A stretch of DNA of 64,000 bases from Octopus bimaculoides (lineage: Eukaryota), in assembly GCF_001194135.2 (NCBI RefSeq), contig NC_068997.1, forward strand, positions 11,501,841-11,565,840, read 5' to 3'. The position numbers and the translations under genes are program-made. Positions within the stretch are counted from its first letter, which is position 1. Each line of letters begins with the position of its first letter. The notes under the pieces were generated by a model that had not been told where the DNA came from, made no database searches, and was given only the letters and a program-made list of their open reading frames with translations. Of the stretch, positions 40,811 through 53,399 are shown piece after piece.

Positions 40811-41785
40811 AACCGTATGTTTGTGTGATAAAGTAAATATATTTGTACTCCATCAATTTGTAACATAGAAGAGAAAGTAGAAGTTATGTTACCACCTCTC
40901 CCCATACACTTGAAGCATAATGTTGTTGAATTGATTTAATCTACATATTAATTATTCTGATTCAGAATATTGGCATAGATTAAACTAAAACGAAATGTTT
41001 GAGAAGAGGTTATCTGATTAATGTAAGGACCCACACGGCCGCTCAACACAAGCGTAGACCAAAATATGCGCGCACACAATTGAATATACACAACATTTCA
41101 CGTACTCATACAGAAAACAAACAGAGATAAGATAAAGGATTAATATATTCTAATAATAATCGAAACCAATTAATAGGTTTTGTGCATCATACTTAAAGTT
41201 AGTCCATTTTTTTCTGCATCGTATTTAAAGTTAGCCCATCGTGTATGGTATAGGAACACTGCGGATGAAGCAATAATTTTATCACTTTCAAATATATCGC
41301 TCCTCAAGTGGACCGGAGAGGAATAAATAGTCGTCTAACTATTTAGTTAATTCATTTATTATATCTTCACAGTCTTCCTCACCATCAATATCAACGTTCT
41401 TGTCGTCATCCTTCTCCTGATCATCATTATTATAATCATGATCATCATCATTATATCCTTCCCTTACACTCGCACCACGGCCATGATCATATTAATCGCA
41501 GTCATTATTGAACATTAGCAATTAATATTACGATCAATATTATCTTTTTTTCCTCTGCTACCGATCCAACATTACCAATACAATCGTTTTAATCTATATC
41601 ACCAGCATCTCTTTATACAGTATTTTAATATGTAGCAGAACTATTATGAGAGACATATGAGTAAATTCTCGAGATGCTGTCTCATTTATTTGAAGCGGTA
41701 ATATAAAGTTGTATTAGACGTGTTTTGCTCACAAACACGAGAGCATAAGTTCGAGTTCTGAATTGAGTGGAACTTTATCTCAATT

Positions 41786-42167
41786 GTTGTTGGCACTCCG
41801 TCGCTTACGACGTCGAGGGTTCCAGTTGATCCGATCAACGGAACAGCCTGCTCGAGAGATTAACGTGCAAGTGGCTGAACACTCCACAGCCACATGTACC
41901 CTTAATGTAGTTCTCGGAGATATTCAGCGTGACACAGTGTGACAAGGCTGACACTTTGAATTACAGGCACAACAGAAACAGGGAGTAAGAGTGAGAGAAA
42001 GCTGTGGTGGAAGAGTACAGCAGGGTTCGCCACCATCCCCTGCCGGAGCCTCGTGGAACTTTAGGTGTATTCGCTCAATAAACACTCACAACGCCCGGTT
42101 TGGGAATTGAAACCGCGATCCTATGACCGCGAGTCCGCTACCCTAACTAATAGGTCATTGCGCCTCC
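41786..42167 (-). mobile_element. Full-length tRNA-derived SINE (family A) with an 11-bp target-site duplication
   Basis: TTATCTCAATT occurs at 41775-41785 and 42168-42178. The minus-strand head is GGAGGCGCAATGACC..GGTTTCAATTCCC, the 3' end is ...GAGTGCCAACAAC, and the body is highly similar to 5542-5885. Confidence 0.96.
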
Positions 42168-42180
42168 TTATCTCAATTAC

Positions 42181-42878
42181 AAAACCACTTTATTTCATGT
42201 TGCTCCGTTCTACTAAACCTAACATTTGCACCAGATTGGCAGGAAGGTATATAGCGTGTGATCGTCGCATTGACAATGACAGGGAAAGTTTTCATGGTAA
42301 TACCTGCTCAGAGGCATCATGCAGAAAGTGTAGACAGAGGTTTGTATGAGCTGCACACAACTGTACAAGTGGTTCAGACGTTTCCAAGGGTGTCGCAATA
42401 TTCACGAGCGTTCTGAGAGACTCGCAACCAGCGGAACTGAGAAGATCATCGCAGCTGTGCATGCAGCCGTAAGGGGAAATCATGAGTTATCAAAGGATGT
42501 GCAGATCAGTTACGGTTCAGTTCAGTCCATTATCACTGAAGTTGTGGGCATGAGACACGTGTCTACAACCTGCTTTCAGATGACCATAAATAAATTCGGA
42601 TTTCCGTTGCAAAAGATCTCATTGATTGTATTGAGAACGATGAGAACTTTCTGAAAACTTCGCCTGGTCCTCTGAACAAGTATCACCAAGCTTTTCACAA
42701 AGTTTGTGGCAGATTCGCCGCTCAACTTTCTCATGTTCAAAGCGACGATCACGGGCTACGCACCTTCCAAGCACTGCTGTAAACTACAGAAGTGAGCTAG
42801 AACCTTTAAACTTAGTGCGTATGCACAAAAGACTTCATTACTATTGCAAAAGTCCGGATACTTATTGATCAGATTACA
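42181..42878 (+). mobile_element. Non-autonomous mariner derivative: transposase N-terminal relic plus an inverted copy of the 5' end
   Basis: MSCTQLYKWFRRFQG...ELSKDVQISYGSVQSIITEVVGMRHVS is a mariner HTH region. The right end AAAGTCCGGATACTTATTGATCAGA is TIR-like. 42722-42770 is the reverse complement of 42245-42293. Confidence 0.85.
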
Positions 42879-42961
42879 TATATATACACGCACTTCTTTA
42901 TATATACATACAAACATAATTTTATACATATATGTACACACACACACACAAACATATACAT

Positions 42962-43010
<49 letters not shown>

Positions 43011-43060
<50 letters not shown>

Positions 43061-43061
43061 T
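43011..43061. repeat. (GATA)n array at the LINE 3' junction
   Basis: Direct read. Confidence 0.97.
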
Positions 43062-43777
43062 GTTTCTTTATTAGCCACACAGGGCTCAACATAGAGGGGA
43101 CAAAATACAAATGTAGAGTTTTTCTTTTCGAGGGGGGCGAAAACAAAGCAGAAAAAAAACAAAAGTGGGGACAACCATGAAAAAAAACATCGCAAAACGT
43201 TTGGGGTATTTACAAAAAATACGAAATAATACAGAACATTCCCNNNNNNNNNNNNNNNNNNNNNNNNNNNNNNNNNNNNNNNNNNNNNNNNNNNNNNNNN
43301 NNNNNNNNNNNNNNNNNNNNNNNNNNNNNNNNNNNNNNNNNNNNNNNNNNNNNNNNNNNNNNNNNNNNNNNNNNNNNNNNNNNNNNNNNNNNNNNNNNAA
43401 AGTATTTGTCTCTAATCCTTTCAGACGCGTCTACCAGATGCATTCTTTGGCCATAGCCACAAGTACGATAAATACAGCTCTTCCTTCCCGTTTAAAGGAA
43501 GGAGGCGTGACGATATTGACGATAGACTCGGTTGATAAACCGACTCGTCCCACACGCGACAGCAGTCGTTCGACATAAGCTCACAGCTCCGAAATGGTTG
43601 GATACTGCACGAGTGCGTGCAGAACGGTCGTCCTGAACAGGCGGGTCAGGTATTCCTCGTCGACGCCCAGGTTCGCCCCGAGATCGTCGTCGTACCTGCC
43701 CTCCACTAATCTCCTATAGAATGACTTCGTTGTGATGCAGCCGCTCAAGGTCGACCCGGGACGGCAAAGTTGTTGCA
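43062..43777 (-). mobile_element. 5'-truncated L1/Tx1-like LINE (ORF2 C-terminus and 3' UTR), with an internal gap
   Basis: Minus-strand translation gives TTKSFYRRLVEG...TVLHALVQYPTISEL*AYVERLLSRVGR...LVAMAKECIW*TRLKGL, a remnant of the ETxxHALxxCP zinc knuckle plus the AKxxIWxxR motif. The 3' end has AATAAAGAAAC running into (TATC)n. The clade assignment is inference. Confidence 0.75.
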
Positions 43778-43814
43778 TAGATAGACAGACAGACAGATAG
43801 ATAGATATATATAT

Positions 43815-43868
<54 letters not shown>
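43778..43868. repeat. (GATA)n/(GACA)n array at the LINE 5' junction
   Basis: Direct read. Confidence 0.97.
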
Positions 43869-43871
<3 letters not shown>

Positions 43872-44427
43872 GACAGAGGCAGAAAGTGAGAGATTTGTAA
43901 GATTATGTTTGTACTTCCTTGAGTAAGAGCATGTCTGTATTACTTAATACACCCCTCAGAGTATGCAATTTTAGCCATTTAATTACAATATCAGCAATCA
44001 TATTTCTTAGTTTTTATTTCCTCCCGCCGGCTTTGATATTAATCGATGCATTGATTGTCTTACAAAGGTGTGTTACGACGTATCAAATATTGCATTACAC
44101 TTCTCTTCAACTATAGATTGTATCTATATCCACCTTCTCTTCCTGTGAGAAGCAAATCATTAATATCATTATAACAGAAATCTATAGACAATATATTAGA
44201 GTCTTGTTTACACGACTAATCTAGTTTCAGCTTGTTCATATTTCTTTCGCTTTCATATTATGTTCAGAACAATTTCGTTTATCTCTTAGGCTTTGCTAAT
44301 TTAAATACTATATATATATACACACATTTATGTGTGTGTATATGCATACACGCACAGGCACACACGCACATACACGTATATATACGTATATATATGTATA
44401 TATATATATGTATATGTACAAATGTGT

Positions 44428-44574
44428 AGTTTGGCAATTAAATTATAATGTTGCAAGAATCTCATATTTATATTAATGAAATTTCACAGCAAATCAAAAT
44501 CTATTATTTACAAAAGTATATATTTGACAGTCGGTTTTATAAATATGTATTTTATAAATACATATATATATATA

Positions 44575-44627
<53 letters not shown>

Positions 44628-44679
44628 NNNNNNNNNNNNNNNNNNNNNNNNNNNNNNNNNNNNNNNNNNNNNNNNNNNN

Positions 44680-44716
<37 letters not shown>

Positions 44717-45094
44717 TTCAAGGTTGAATATGGTACTTATGCGTAGGCACCCGAATATCGTATCCCTGATAGACTCGGCTATGTCAAGATGGATTTATGT
44801 ATTCTACCTCACGCTTGGATTTTTATGTATTCTCTCTCCCACTTGGATTTGAAATGTTGCCACATTTATAATATGTCTTTTCTACTGTAATTTTCTGCAT
44901 TTTCGTGCAGCTGAAGATTGCTCTTCATATTGCATTTAATGTAATGCTCGCATTACTTAAATAAATTGGAGTAGCATGAAACGTGCGTACTGCAATCACC
45001 TTTGAAAATCCATGTTGCTTATTTTTTTATATATATATAAAAAAATAAGCAACATGGATTTTCAAAGGTGATTGCAGTACGCACNNNNNNNNNN

Positions 45095-45126
<32 letters not shown>

Positions 45127-45256
45127 GACACACACACACTGATTCATAAAACCGACTGTTAAGTATTCTTTTGTAAAGAATAGATTTTGATTTGCTGTGA
45201 AATTTCATTAATATAAATATGAGATTCTTGCAACATTATAATTTAATTGCCAAACT
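44428..45256. repeat. Long inverted repeat pair (44428-44544 and 45142-45256)
   Basis: AGTTTGGCAATTAAATTATAATGTTGCAAGAATCTCATATTTATATTAATGAAATTTCACAGCAAATCAAAATCTATT is reproduced exactly in reverse complement at the right arm, with a few mismatches further inward. Confidence 0.93.
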
Positions 45257-45699
45257 TTCCTAAAATTCAGTTACCAGAGTGTTTAATTCGAAAATTTAAA
45301 CATATTGCCTCAAAATGCAAGTGTTTACCTTCTCGGTTTCTCTGTCTGTCGCTGGCTCTCTCCTTCCCTTTTTCTCTCTCTCTCTCATTCTCCCTCTTGC
45401 TTCTCTGTTCGTCCCCAAATGTTTATGAAGATAACACTAATCACCACAACCCTACGCGCACTTGTAGGATGATAATCCTATAATCCTAGAACCTAGAAAA
45501 TTAGGGAGCAACCTAAATTCTAAATGATGTTATGTTTTTTTTTTTCTATCGTAGTTACACATACGTTTCTTGTGAAGATAGAATACATATCTTCGAAAAT
45601 GTTTCATAAATTCTCGTCATCGAATATGCTGAAGAAACCGTCAGATTGAGGAGTGTACTCTTGACATTCATTATAATAATGATTATGGTGCTGTCTGAA

Positions 45700-46030
45700 G
45701 TCGGTTGTTGATGCTGATGGTGTTTGTGGTAATAACGAAGATGATGACGATGATGATAATGACGATGATGATGACGACGACGTCAACGTCGATGATGATA
45801 CAGCTGCTGTTGCTTCCGTTACTGCTGCTGTTGCTTCCGCTGCTGCTGCTGCTGCGGCGATGTATATGCTATTGGCGATGGCTGTGGGAGCGATGATGTA
45901 GATTATCATGATTGTCGTCATCATACCGCTTGTGTTGGTAGTGATGAAGTTATGAACACGATGATGATGGTGGTGAGAGTGGTGATGATGATGATGATGA
46001 GGAGGAGGAGGAGGAGAGGGAGGGGAGTAT
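45700..46030. repeat. Degenerate (GAT)/(GCT)/(GGT)/(GAG) trinucleotide low-complexity region
   Basis: Direct read. Confidence 0.9.
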
Positions 46031-49000
46031 GTGGAGAAAGAGAAGCAGTATTTTTGGAGATGTCGCTTGTGGTGGTCTCTGTAGAGGTGGGGAATTTTCA
46101 CTCTTTATAATATGCCTATACTTATTCGATCAAATTTGTCATTGTTGAGAAACAAAATATATTCATGAATATAAGACTTTCAGTAAAAATTTCTAAATCA
46201 ATCATATTCTAAACAACTGTCTGAGCAGAAATTTTCATAAGTTTGACAACTTTACAGGCGAAAATATGATAATAACCATTATCTGGTTTGAATGCCGCTG
46301 TCATTACGAAACATTCGCCCCTTGAAATTATGACAAATTACAAAGTTTCATTCACCACGTATAAGCAGTTTTAGACGCATTACTTTTATAAAACTTGTTG
46401 ATGTATGAATGCTTGGAAAACTCTGTATAGCTATGGCGTTAGTATAGAAATATTCCAACTCTAAATTTTATGATTTGTCATTTAAATATACATACATGAT
46501 TTGCACTATAATAGATAAAGTAAGTTTCACTATTGAGATATATTAATAAAGTTAAATGCTTAAATTCAGTTAACATTGCTATGTCTGTTATTTTGCTCCA
46601 TGTAAGCTCTGACATGGAGACCTGATGGAAAACATTCCATTTTTGATCATTTTCTTTTAGATTTCTTTCAGTAAGCAAAGCGTATTTAAGACTACACTGT
46701 ACAGCATCCTTTTCCTTATATAAACTAACGTGTCTGCTTTGTAAGTTTTTTGGTTGCTATTTCTAGCATTATATTCCCTGTAATTATAATGAATATGGCG
46801 AATGTCTTTTATTGATTATTTTGTATGATATTTTTTCAGTATAAATACAAAAACGTTATTCCTATACTTTCATCATTTATCTTAAAATATGTGATATTTA
46901 TACAGAAAACATAGGTGAATGAACTCGTACAACCTTACATGTCCGCTTAATAAATATGGTATTGTCTCTGGAGGTGGTGTGTCCTCCCTAAATACTTACA
47001 TTTTGCATCGTATTGCATATACTGTAATTTAACGCCAAATGGAGAATGTTCGTACCCGGTCAGATTTACTTTTTCGTTAATCCAGCGTTTCTCTCTGTCG
47101 AATATGTCAGTTTTATCAGCGTCAGGGTGTCATTTGCGGCAAGAATGGCTGATCCGATAAGAGTAGAAAGTATCATAACCAATTAGATGTCCTACCTATG
47201 AATGGACTTTCTCGCTCTTGATATTGCCCAAAAATAATATTCCGAAACTCAAACAATTTCTTTCTGACAGAAGAATTTGGTATAATTCAAATGTATGAAA
47301 TAAAACACAACATAATCTCCTGTTTAACAAATAATTTGTGTTCTGTCTATTACCAGGTAGAATTAATGTAATAATTCATTTTCCTGATTTTCACATAATC
47401 ATCTATAATTTTCATTCACTAGGTATTTATTCGAAAATTGAAACAAGACAAAGAAGTGAAGCTTTTTCCTAAGCATTAATCAATAATGTTAAAAGTACAT
47501 TGTGTTGAACGTAGATAGGAGTGGAACATATTTCTTTTTCCTGCTAAAATCAAACAAATTTTCTCTGAATATTCAGTTAACGTTTATATCACCAAGGCAC
47601 TCAAAATAAGTAATGAATCTACAGCATATAGCAATTCCTAAGAATTCCTCGAGACATCAATATAATAAATCACAACTGTATTTCTAAATCATTTCGTTTT
47701 GCAACGAAATACATGAAATATAGTTTCAGTAAGTGTTATACTATTTATTACATAATTCCTGAAAGCCTGTTTTTATCATTTCACCATAGAAATTGCAATA
47801 GTTTTGGTGCCCCAGTTTGTTTCTATATATATTTTCTTGTGTTTTACATTTTCTGTACAGTTCTTTCCCACATGTTGGTCAATTTCATAAACTAGTGAGT
47901 ACGTCAATAATCAAATTGTATAAATTTACTGTGGTTTCAAAGGGAATCCTACAAATGCTGTAGAAAACACTTATTGTTATATTCATAAGCTTTATAAAAC
48001 GTAGTTCACATAAAGTAGGTATTTCACGGCAAATGATTGTAGCTGGCTACGTCACCTGACAAGTCAAACGCAAAAAACATTTCACATTTAATGGCAGGCA
48101 ATATATTACACTATAAGCAATAAAAGACGTTTATGCGATATAACTGAAGTATATAAACATTGGGAGTAATGTTGATAAATTTTAGTGAATATATGTTTGC
48201 ATATATATATTAATATACGTGTGTCTGTTGTGCTGTGTTCTTTGTTTGTGTTTGTATATGCTGTGTGCGCAGGTGTGCATATTTTAAACAAAATATTTTA
48301 GTAAAGCGTATTTGATATTTATTTGTTTGAAGAAAAGTGTATAAAATCAAATGCAATGAGTTGTCAACTGATTAAATAAACTTCAGAAAACAATTTGTAG
48401 CGTTATTAAATAAAATAAGTATTTGACAAGTTATGAGTTAGGACATGTGTGTACATTATCATAAATTAAAAACAGAGGGAAAACCATGATATTGATAAAA
48501 AATATATAACAGCTTAACACACGCACACAAACACACACACATATATATGCATGTACATATATAAATAAATAGTAAAGAGCGGATAGGCACACCAAGGACA
48601 GGGTGTGGTTTTGGAAAAGCGGTGTATTTGCACATAGATACTGGATGTGTAGGAAGCAATTGTAGGTGTTAGCGGTAATGACGGGCTGCTGGAAAGTGTG
48701 TTACTGTCAATAACATTGTTGTTGAAGACGGGTGTGGTTTATTTAATGTTTTTACCTGTGAGTGAAAAGGCGGTAGAAGTAGATGTGAGACGAGAGACGA
48801 GGGCATGAGTGGTAATGCGATCATTGAAAGTGGTTAAATGTTACGAGATGACCGCGGATAAATAAACAGATTTATAAAACATTAGCTGGAATGAAAACAG
48901 AAACGTGTGCATATTCATACATGCAGCAACATACTCTATTGCACTTACACACACAGCCATTACTAAACACGTGCACTTGTGTAGAAAAGTTATAGATTCT

Positions 49001-49346
49001 AAGAGGTGGAATCAAGTATACATGAATGTGTGCGTGTTTATATGAGAAGCAGGATGAAGTAAGAGAAAATAGTAGAATGAATATAGTGAAAATGTAGGCA
49101 TTGATAAAGTTTGAATAAATCGAATTGGATCATCAAATGTAAATGGTGTCGAAGAGGGGAATGAAAGAAAAGTAAGTCAGATAGAAAATTAAAAATAAAA
49201 CTGCAATTAAAGTAGGGAAGTGGAAGGATGGAAGAAAAAGAAGTTAAGACGAAGACAAAGAGGTATTAAATAGGGAAGAAGGGAAAGGGCAAACAGTAAA
49301 ATTGAAAATGAAAAGGAAGTAAAGAAAGCAGAAAAATAAGGAAAAC

Positions 49347-49396
49347 AGAAGAAGAAGAAGAAGAAGAAGAAGAAGAAGAAGAAGAAGAAGAAGAAG

Positions 49397-49426
<30 letters not shown>
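49347..49426. repeat. (GAA)n array
   Basis: Direct read. Confidence 0.97.
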
Positions 49427-49428
<2 letters not shown>

Positions 49429-50055
49429 TGGCGGAGTAAAAGAGGAATAGAAATGAAAGTAAAAACAAATAGAGGGATACTCTAGGGTATTTTATGCGTT
49501 GGAGCTTCGTGTTTCCAATTAAGGGAAAATATACGTTCACATGCATTACTTGTGATTACTTCGTATTTGGAGTTCATACAGAGATTACGATTTTTTGAGC
49601 ATCTTATAATGTGTGCACACAAAAGTTTGCAGATCTTGGTTTTATTAATATTATTGTGGATTTCGCAACAGACTTCATTTGAATTCATAGTTTTATTCCT
49701 TTTCGCCGACCATGTGTGACACAGCTGCATTGAAATTTTTTGTCGAAGTGCATGTCATGTAACAAAGATAAATGGCTGTACAACAGTTGTTTAGAGAAAC
49801 CCGGCTTTTCGTTACTTTTCCACTCATTGAGAATACGATGACTACCATTTCGAAACCATTTGACGATATTTTTGCATGGTTGCGATAAAGGACATACACG
49901 TATCTGTCTACCACATTATCATCGGCTCAGCAATTGTCGTGGGTTTTTAGATCATTTAGCATTTCATAATTAGGACATTGAAGAAGATTACGTTCACTGT
50001 TCAGTAACTGTAGATTTTATTATAACGATGCTGTTCCAGCATATGCTTGCTTAGA

Positions 50056-50057
<2 letters not shown>

Positions 50058-50121
<64 letters not shown>
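50058..50121. repeat. (TA)n microsatellite
   Basis: Direct read. Confidence 0.97.
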
Positions 50122-50123
<2 letters not shown>

Positions 50124-50444
50124 GGTTTGTGTATGTTTAATTATGTATATATATATATATTCATGTTAGCGTCGTTGTAAGTATCTGTTTCTCATTATCT
50201 CCGACTCCGTGAGTATATAAATGTATGTGTCTAAATGCATACATGCGTGTGTGTTTTTGTGTATGTGTGTATGTATGTGCGGGGGTATGTTGCTACTTTA
50301 GTTTCAGCTGTTAGTGCAAAGGATTCACTGGTACACGACACCCAGGGGAAATTCTGACTCAACCCAAATAAACTTGCCACTCTGGTACTGAGTACGCATT
50401 TTAGCGATGATTAACAAAATCAGTTCTCTCCCCTCTTCTCACTT

Positions 50445-50503
<59 letters not shown>

Positions 50504-51079
50504 NNNNNNNNNNNNNNNNNNNNNNNNNNNNNNNNNNNNNNNNNNNNNNNNNNNNNNNNNNNNNNNNNNNNNNNNNNNNNNNNNNNNNNNNNNNNNNNNN
50601 NNNNNNNNNNNNNNNNNNNNNNNNNNNNNNNNNNNNNNNNNNNNNNNNNNNNNNNNNNNNNNNNNNNNNNNNNNNNNNNNNNNNNNNNNNNNNNNNNNNN
50701 NNNNNNNNNNNNNNNNNNNNNNNNNNNNNNNNNNNNNNNNNNNNNNNNNNNNNNNNNNNNNNNNNNNNNNNNNNNNNNNNNNNNNNNNNNNNNNNNNNNN
50801 NNNNNNNNNNNNNNNNNNNNNNNNNNNNNNNNNNNNNNNNNNNNNNNNNNNNNNNNNNNNNNNNNNNNNNNNNNNNNNNNNNNNNNNNNNNNNNNNNNNN
50901 NNNNNNNNNNNNNNNNNNNNNNNNNNNNNNNNNNNNNNNNNNNNNNNNNNNNNNNNNNNNNNNNNNNNNNNNNNNNNNNNNNNNNNNNNNNNNNNNNNNN
51001 NNNNNNNNNNNNNNNNNNNNNNNNNNNNNNNNNNNNNNNNNNNNNNNNNNNNNNNNNNNNNNNNNNNNNNNNNNNNNNN

Positions 51080-51212
51080 TAGCGTTTCGGTTAATGTGAC
51101 CAATAGAATAAGTACTAGGCTTACAGAGAATAAGTCCTGGTGTCGATCTGTTGGATTAGAAGCGGTGCTCTAGCATGGCCGCAGTCACGATGACTATGAC
51201 AAATGCAAGAAC
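51080..51212 (+). mobile_element. SINE family C 3' body and tail
   Basis: AATAGAATAAGTACTAGGCTTACAGAGAATAAGTCCTGGTGTCGAT..GGTGCTCTAGCATGGCCGCAGTC matches the reverse complement of 26260-26370. Confidence 0.82.
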
Positions 51213-51770
51213 ACATACACACACACGCACACACACACGTTTATATTATTCTTTTTATGTCTTTACACTTCCATAATTATTAATCATGTAGTTGTTTACT
51301 TCACACAGAATGGATAAATCTATGACATGAAACGTCGATATCTATACCTCAATAAAGGGAAATATGTAGGTTTGTACTGCAGAGAAAACATTAACTTGCT
51401 TTATACTAATATGATGCTTCGTTTTTTTTTTTTTGCTTCCTTTGGTTTTTGCTGTGAAACAAGATAGCGAATGTATGATTCCTTGGCGCCTTTAAGCTAA
51501 TACCCTTTTCATTTATGCCATAATTTATGAACTAATCCATTGAAAATATATAAACGTTTATTGTATTTCATTGATTTACACCGACATTTAAGTGAAAGGA
51601 TAATTGAATTATAGAACAATAGTTTATATGTACAAGCACACCCAAAGATACGTGTGAAAAGAAACATGAATAATACAATGCATACGTTATTAAATGGCCC
51701 CGGTTAGTTGTTAAAACAATACAAATATTTTCCGCTAAATTAAAGGAAACGTTTACTAAAGAATATATAC

Positions 51771-51804
<34 letters not shown>

Positions 51805-52505
51805 ATGTGTGTGAGTATGTGGTTGTGCGTCTTTTATGTAACTGTATGTGTATGTGAAAGTGTGTAGTGTAGATCTGCTATCAGTAAAGGTCTATAATTC
51901 TCCGATTTCCTGTTTATGTAAACAAGCGTTGTAAAATGTGGGTTTCAAATGTCCTGAAGCTGAAGCACTTTTATTTTATGGCGTGATTAATGGATTGCAT
52001 TGATTTACGCTAGTCTTCAACCCTATCGGAAATACAATAACGATACAAAACTTTTTTTTACTTATACACACACACATATACATATATATAGTTATATACA
52101 TACATATTTAAAAGCATATATACATATATATATATATATATANNNNNNNNNNNNNNNNNNNNNNNNNNNNNNNNNNNNNNNNNNNNNNNNNNNNNNNNNN
52201 NNNNNNNNNNNNNNNNNNNNNNNNNNNNNNNNNNNNNNNNNNNNNNNNNNNNNNNNNNNNNNNNNNNNNNNNNNNNNNNNNNNNNNNNNNNNNNNNNNNN
52301 NNNNNNNNNNNNNNNNNNNNNNNNNNNNNNNNNNNNNNNNNNNNNNNNNNNNNNNNNNNNNNNNNNNNNNNNNNNNNNNNNNNNNNNNNNNNNNNNNNNN
52401 NNNNNNNNNNNNNNNNNNNNNNNNNNNNNNNNNNNNNNNNNNNNNNNNNNNNNNNNNNNNNNNNNNNNNNNNNNNNNNNNNNNNNNNNNNNNNNNNNTAT
52501 ATATA

Positions 52506-53399
52506 CATGGTTTGGACAAAATAATGGAAATACCTAGCATCATAGCATCATAATCTATAAAATATCTATAAAAGCGTGAAAAACTTATTTTAGTTTTATG
52601 TGCTTTGATTTATTATTAATGTTACATAATATGTTTTGCTAAAATTGTTGTTTCTTTTCAAATATCTTCAGAAAAAGTTCATTAAAATTCATTAAAATGA
52701 CAGATCTATCGGACTTTCAAAGAGTTCAAATTGTTGGAGCTCGTAGTGCACAGCGCTATCGTATCGAAATCACCCGAAATGGTCGGTGTATCAAGAGGTA
52801 GTCTCGAAAGAAATGACAGCCTTTGAACATGAGGAAAGAACCTCCTCGTCGAAACAAAATTCCGGAAGAAAACCAGTACTTTCAGATAGGGACCGTCCCA
52901 CTTATACGCGAATTGTTAGAAGGGATCACGAAGATACTGCTCCTAAAATTACTGCAAAGCTTAATAACCACTTCGAGAACTCAGTTTCCACAAACATCGT
53001 TCGCCGGGAGCTGCACAAAACCGGATTTCTCGGGAGGACTGCAATCAGAAAACCACCACTTTCAAAAACAAACGTTGCAAAGCGTTTAGAGTGGAATAAA
53101 AACCTATTGAATTGGTCCCTAGATCAATGGCAGGATGTTATTTTATCGGACGAATCATCTCTTACCTGTTTTCTGATCATAAGTAAGGATCAATGTCCCC
53201 CGACATCATCACTACAAGAACTGGAGTCTCTTTTACCTGAAGATTTTACAAAGATTCCTTTGGAAAACAATTCAAACGTTGTACGACGTCATACCTCGTA
53301 GAATTCGAGCTGTAATTACTGCCAAAGGCGGCCCTCCTCTGTAATAAAGTCAATTTGTCTGAAATTTTAAGGTGTCTCCATTATTATGTCCAACCTTTG
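52506..53399 (+). mobile_element. Internally deleted Tc1 element with both TIRs and flanking TA
   Basis: TIRs are CATGGTTTGGACAAAATAATGGAAATACCT and AGGTGTCTCCATTATTATGTCCAACCTTTG, each bounded by TA. The ORF has NSGRKPVLSDRD..RRELHKTGFLGRTAIRKP..RLEW..WQDVILSDES, then jumps to the C-terminal IPRRIRAVITAKGGP; the catalytic core is missing. Confidence 0.95.

Noticed and set aside
44983-45084. Perfect 102-bp palindrome centred on (AT)5
   Set aside because: It is exactly symmetric, centred on a self-complementary (AT)n, and ends precisely at a 10-N gap followed by more (TA)n. This is the typical signature of an assembler strand-flip, not real DNA.
46995-47160. Minus-strand exon-like frame EKRWINEKVNLTGYEHSPFGVKLQYMQYDAK ending at GTAAGT
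   Set aside because: There are competing acceptors in different frames and no in-phase neighbour was identified, so it was left uncalled.
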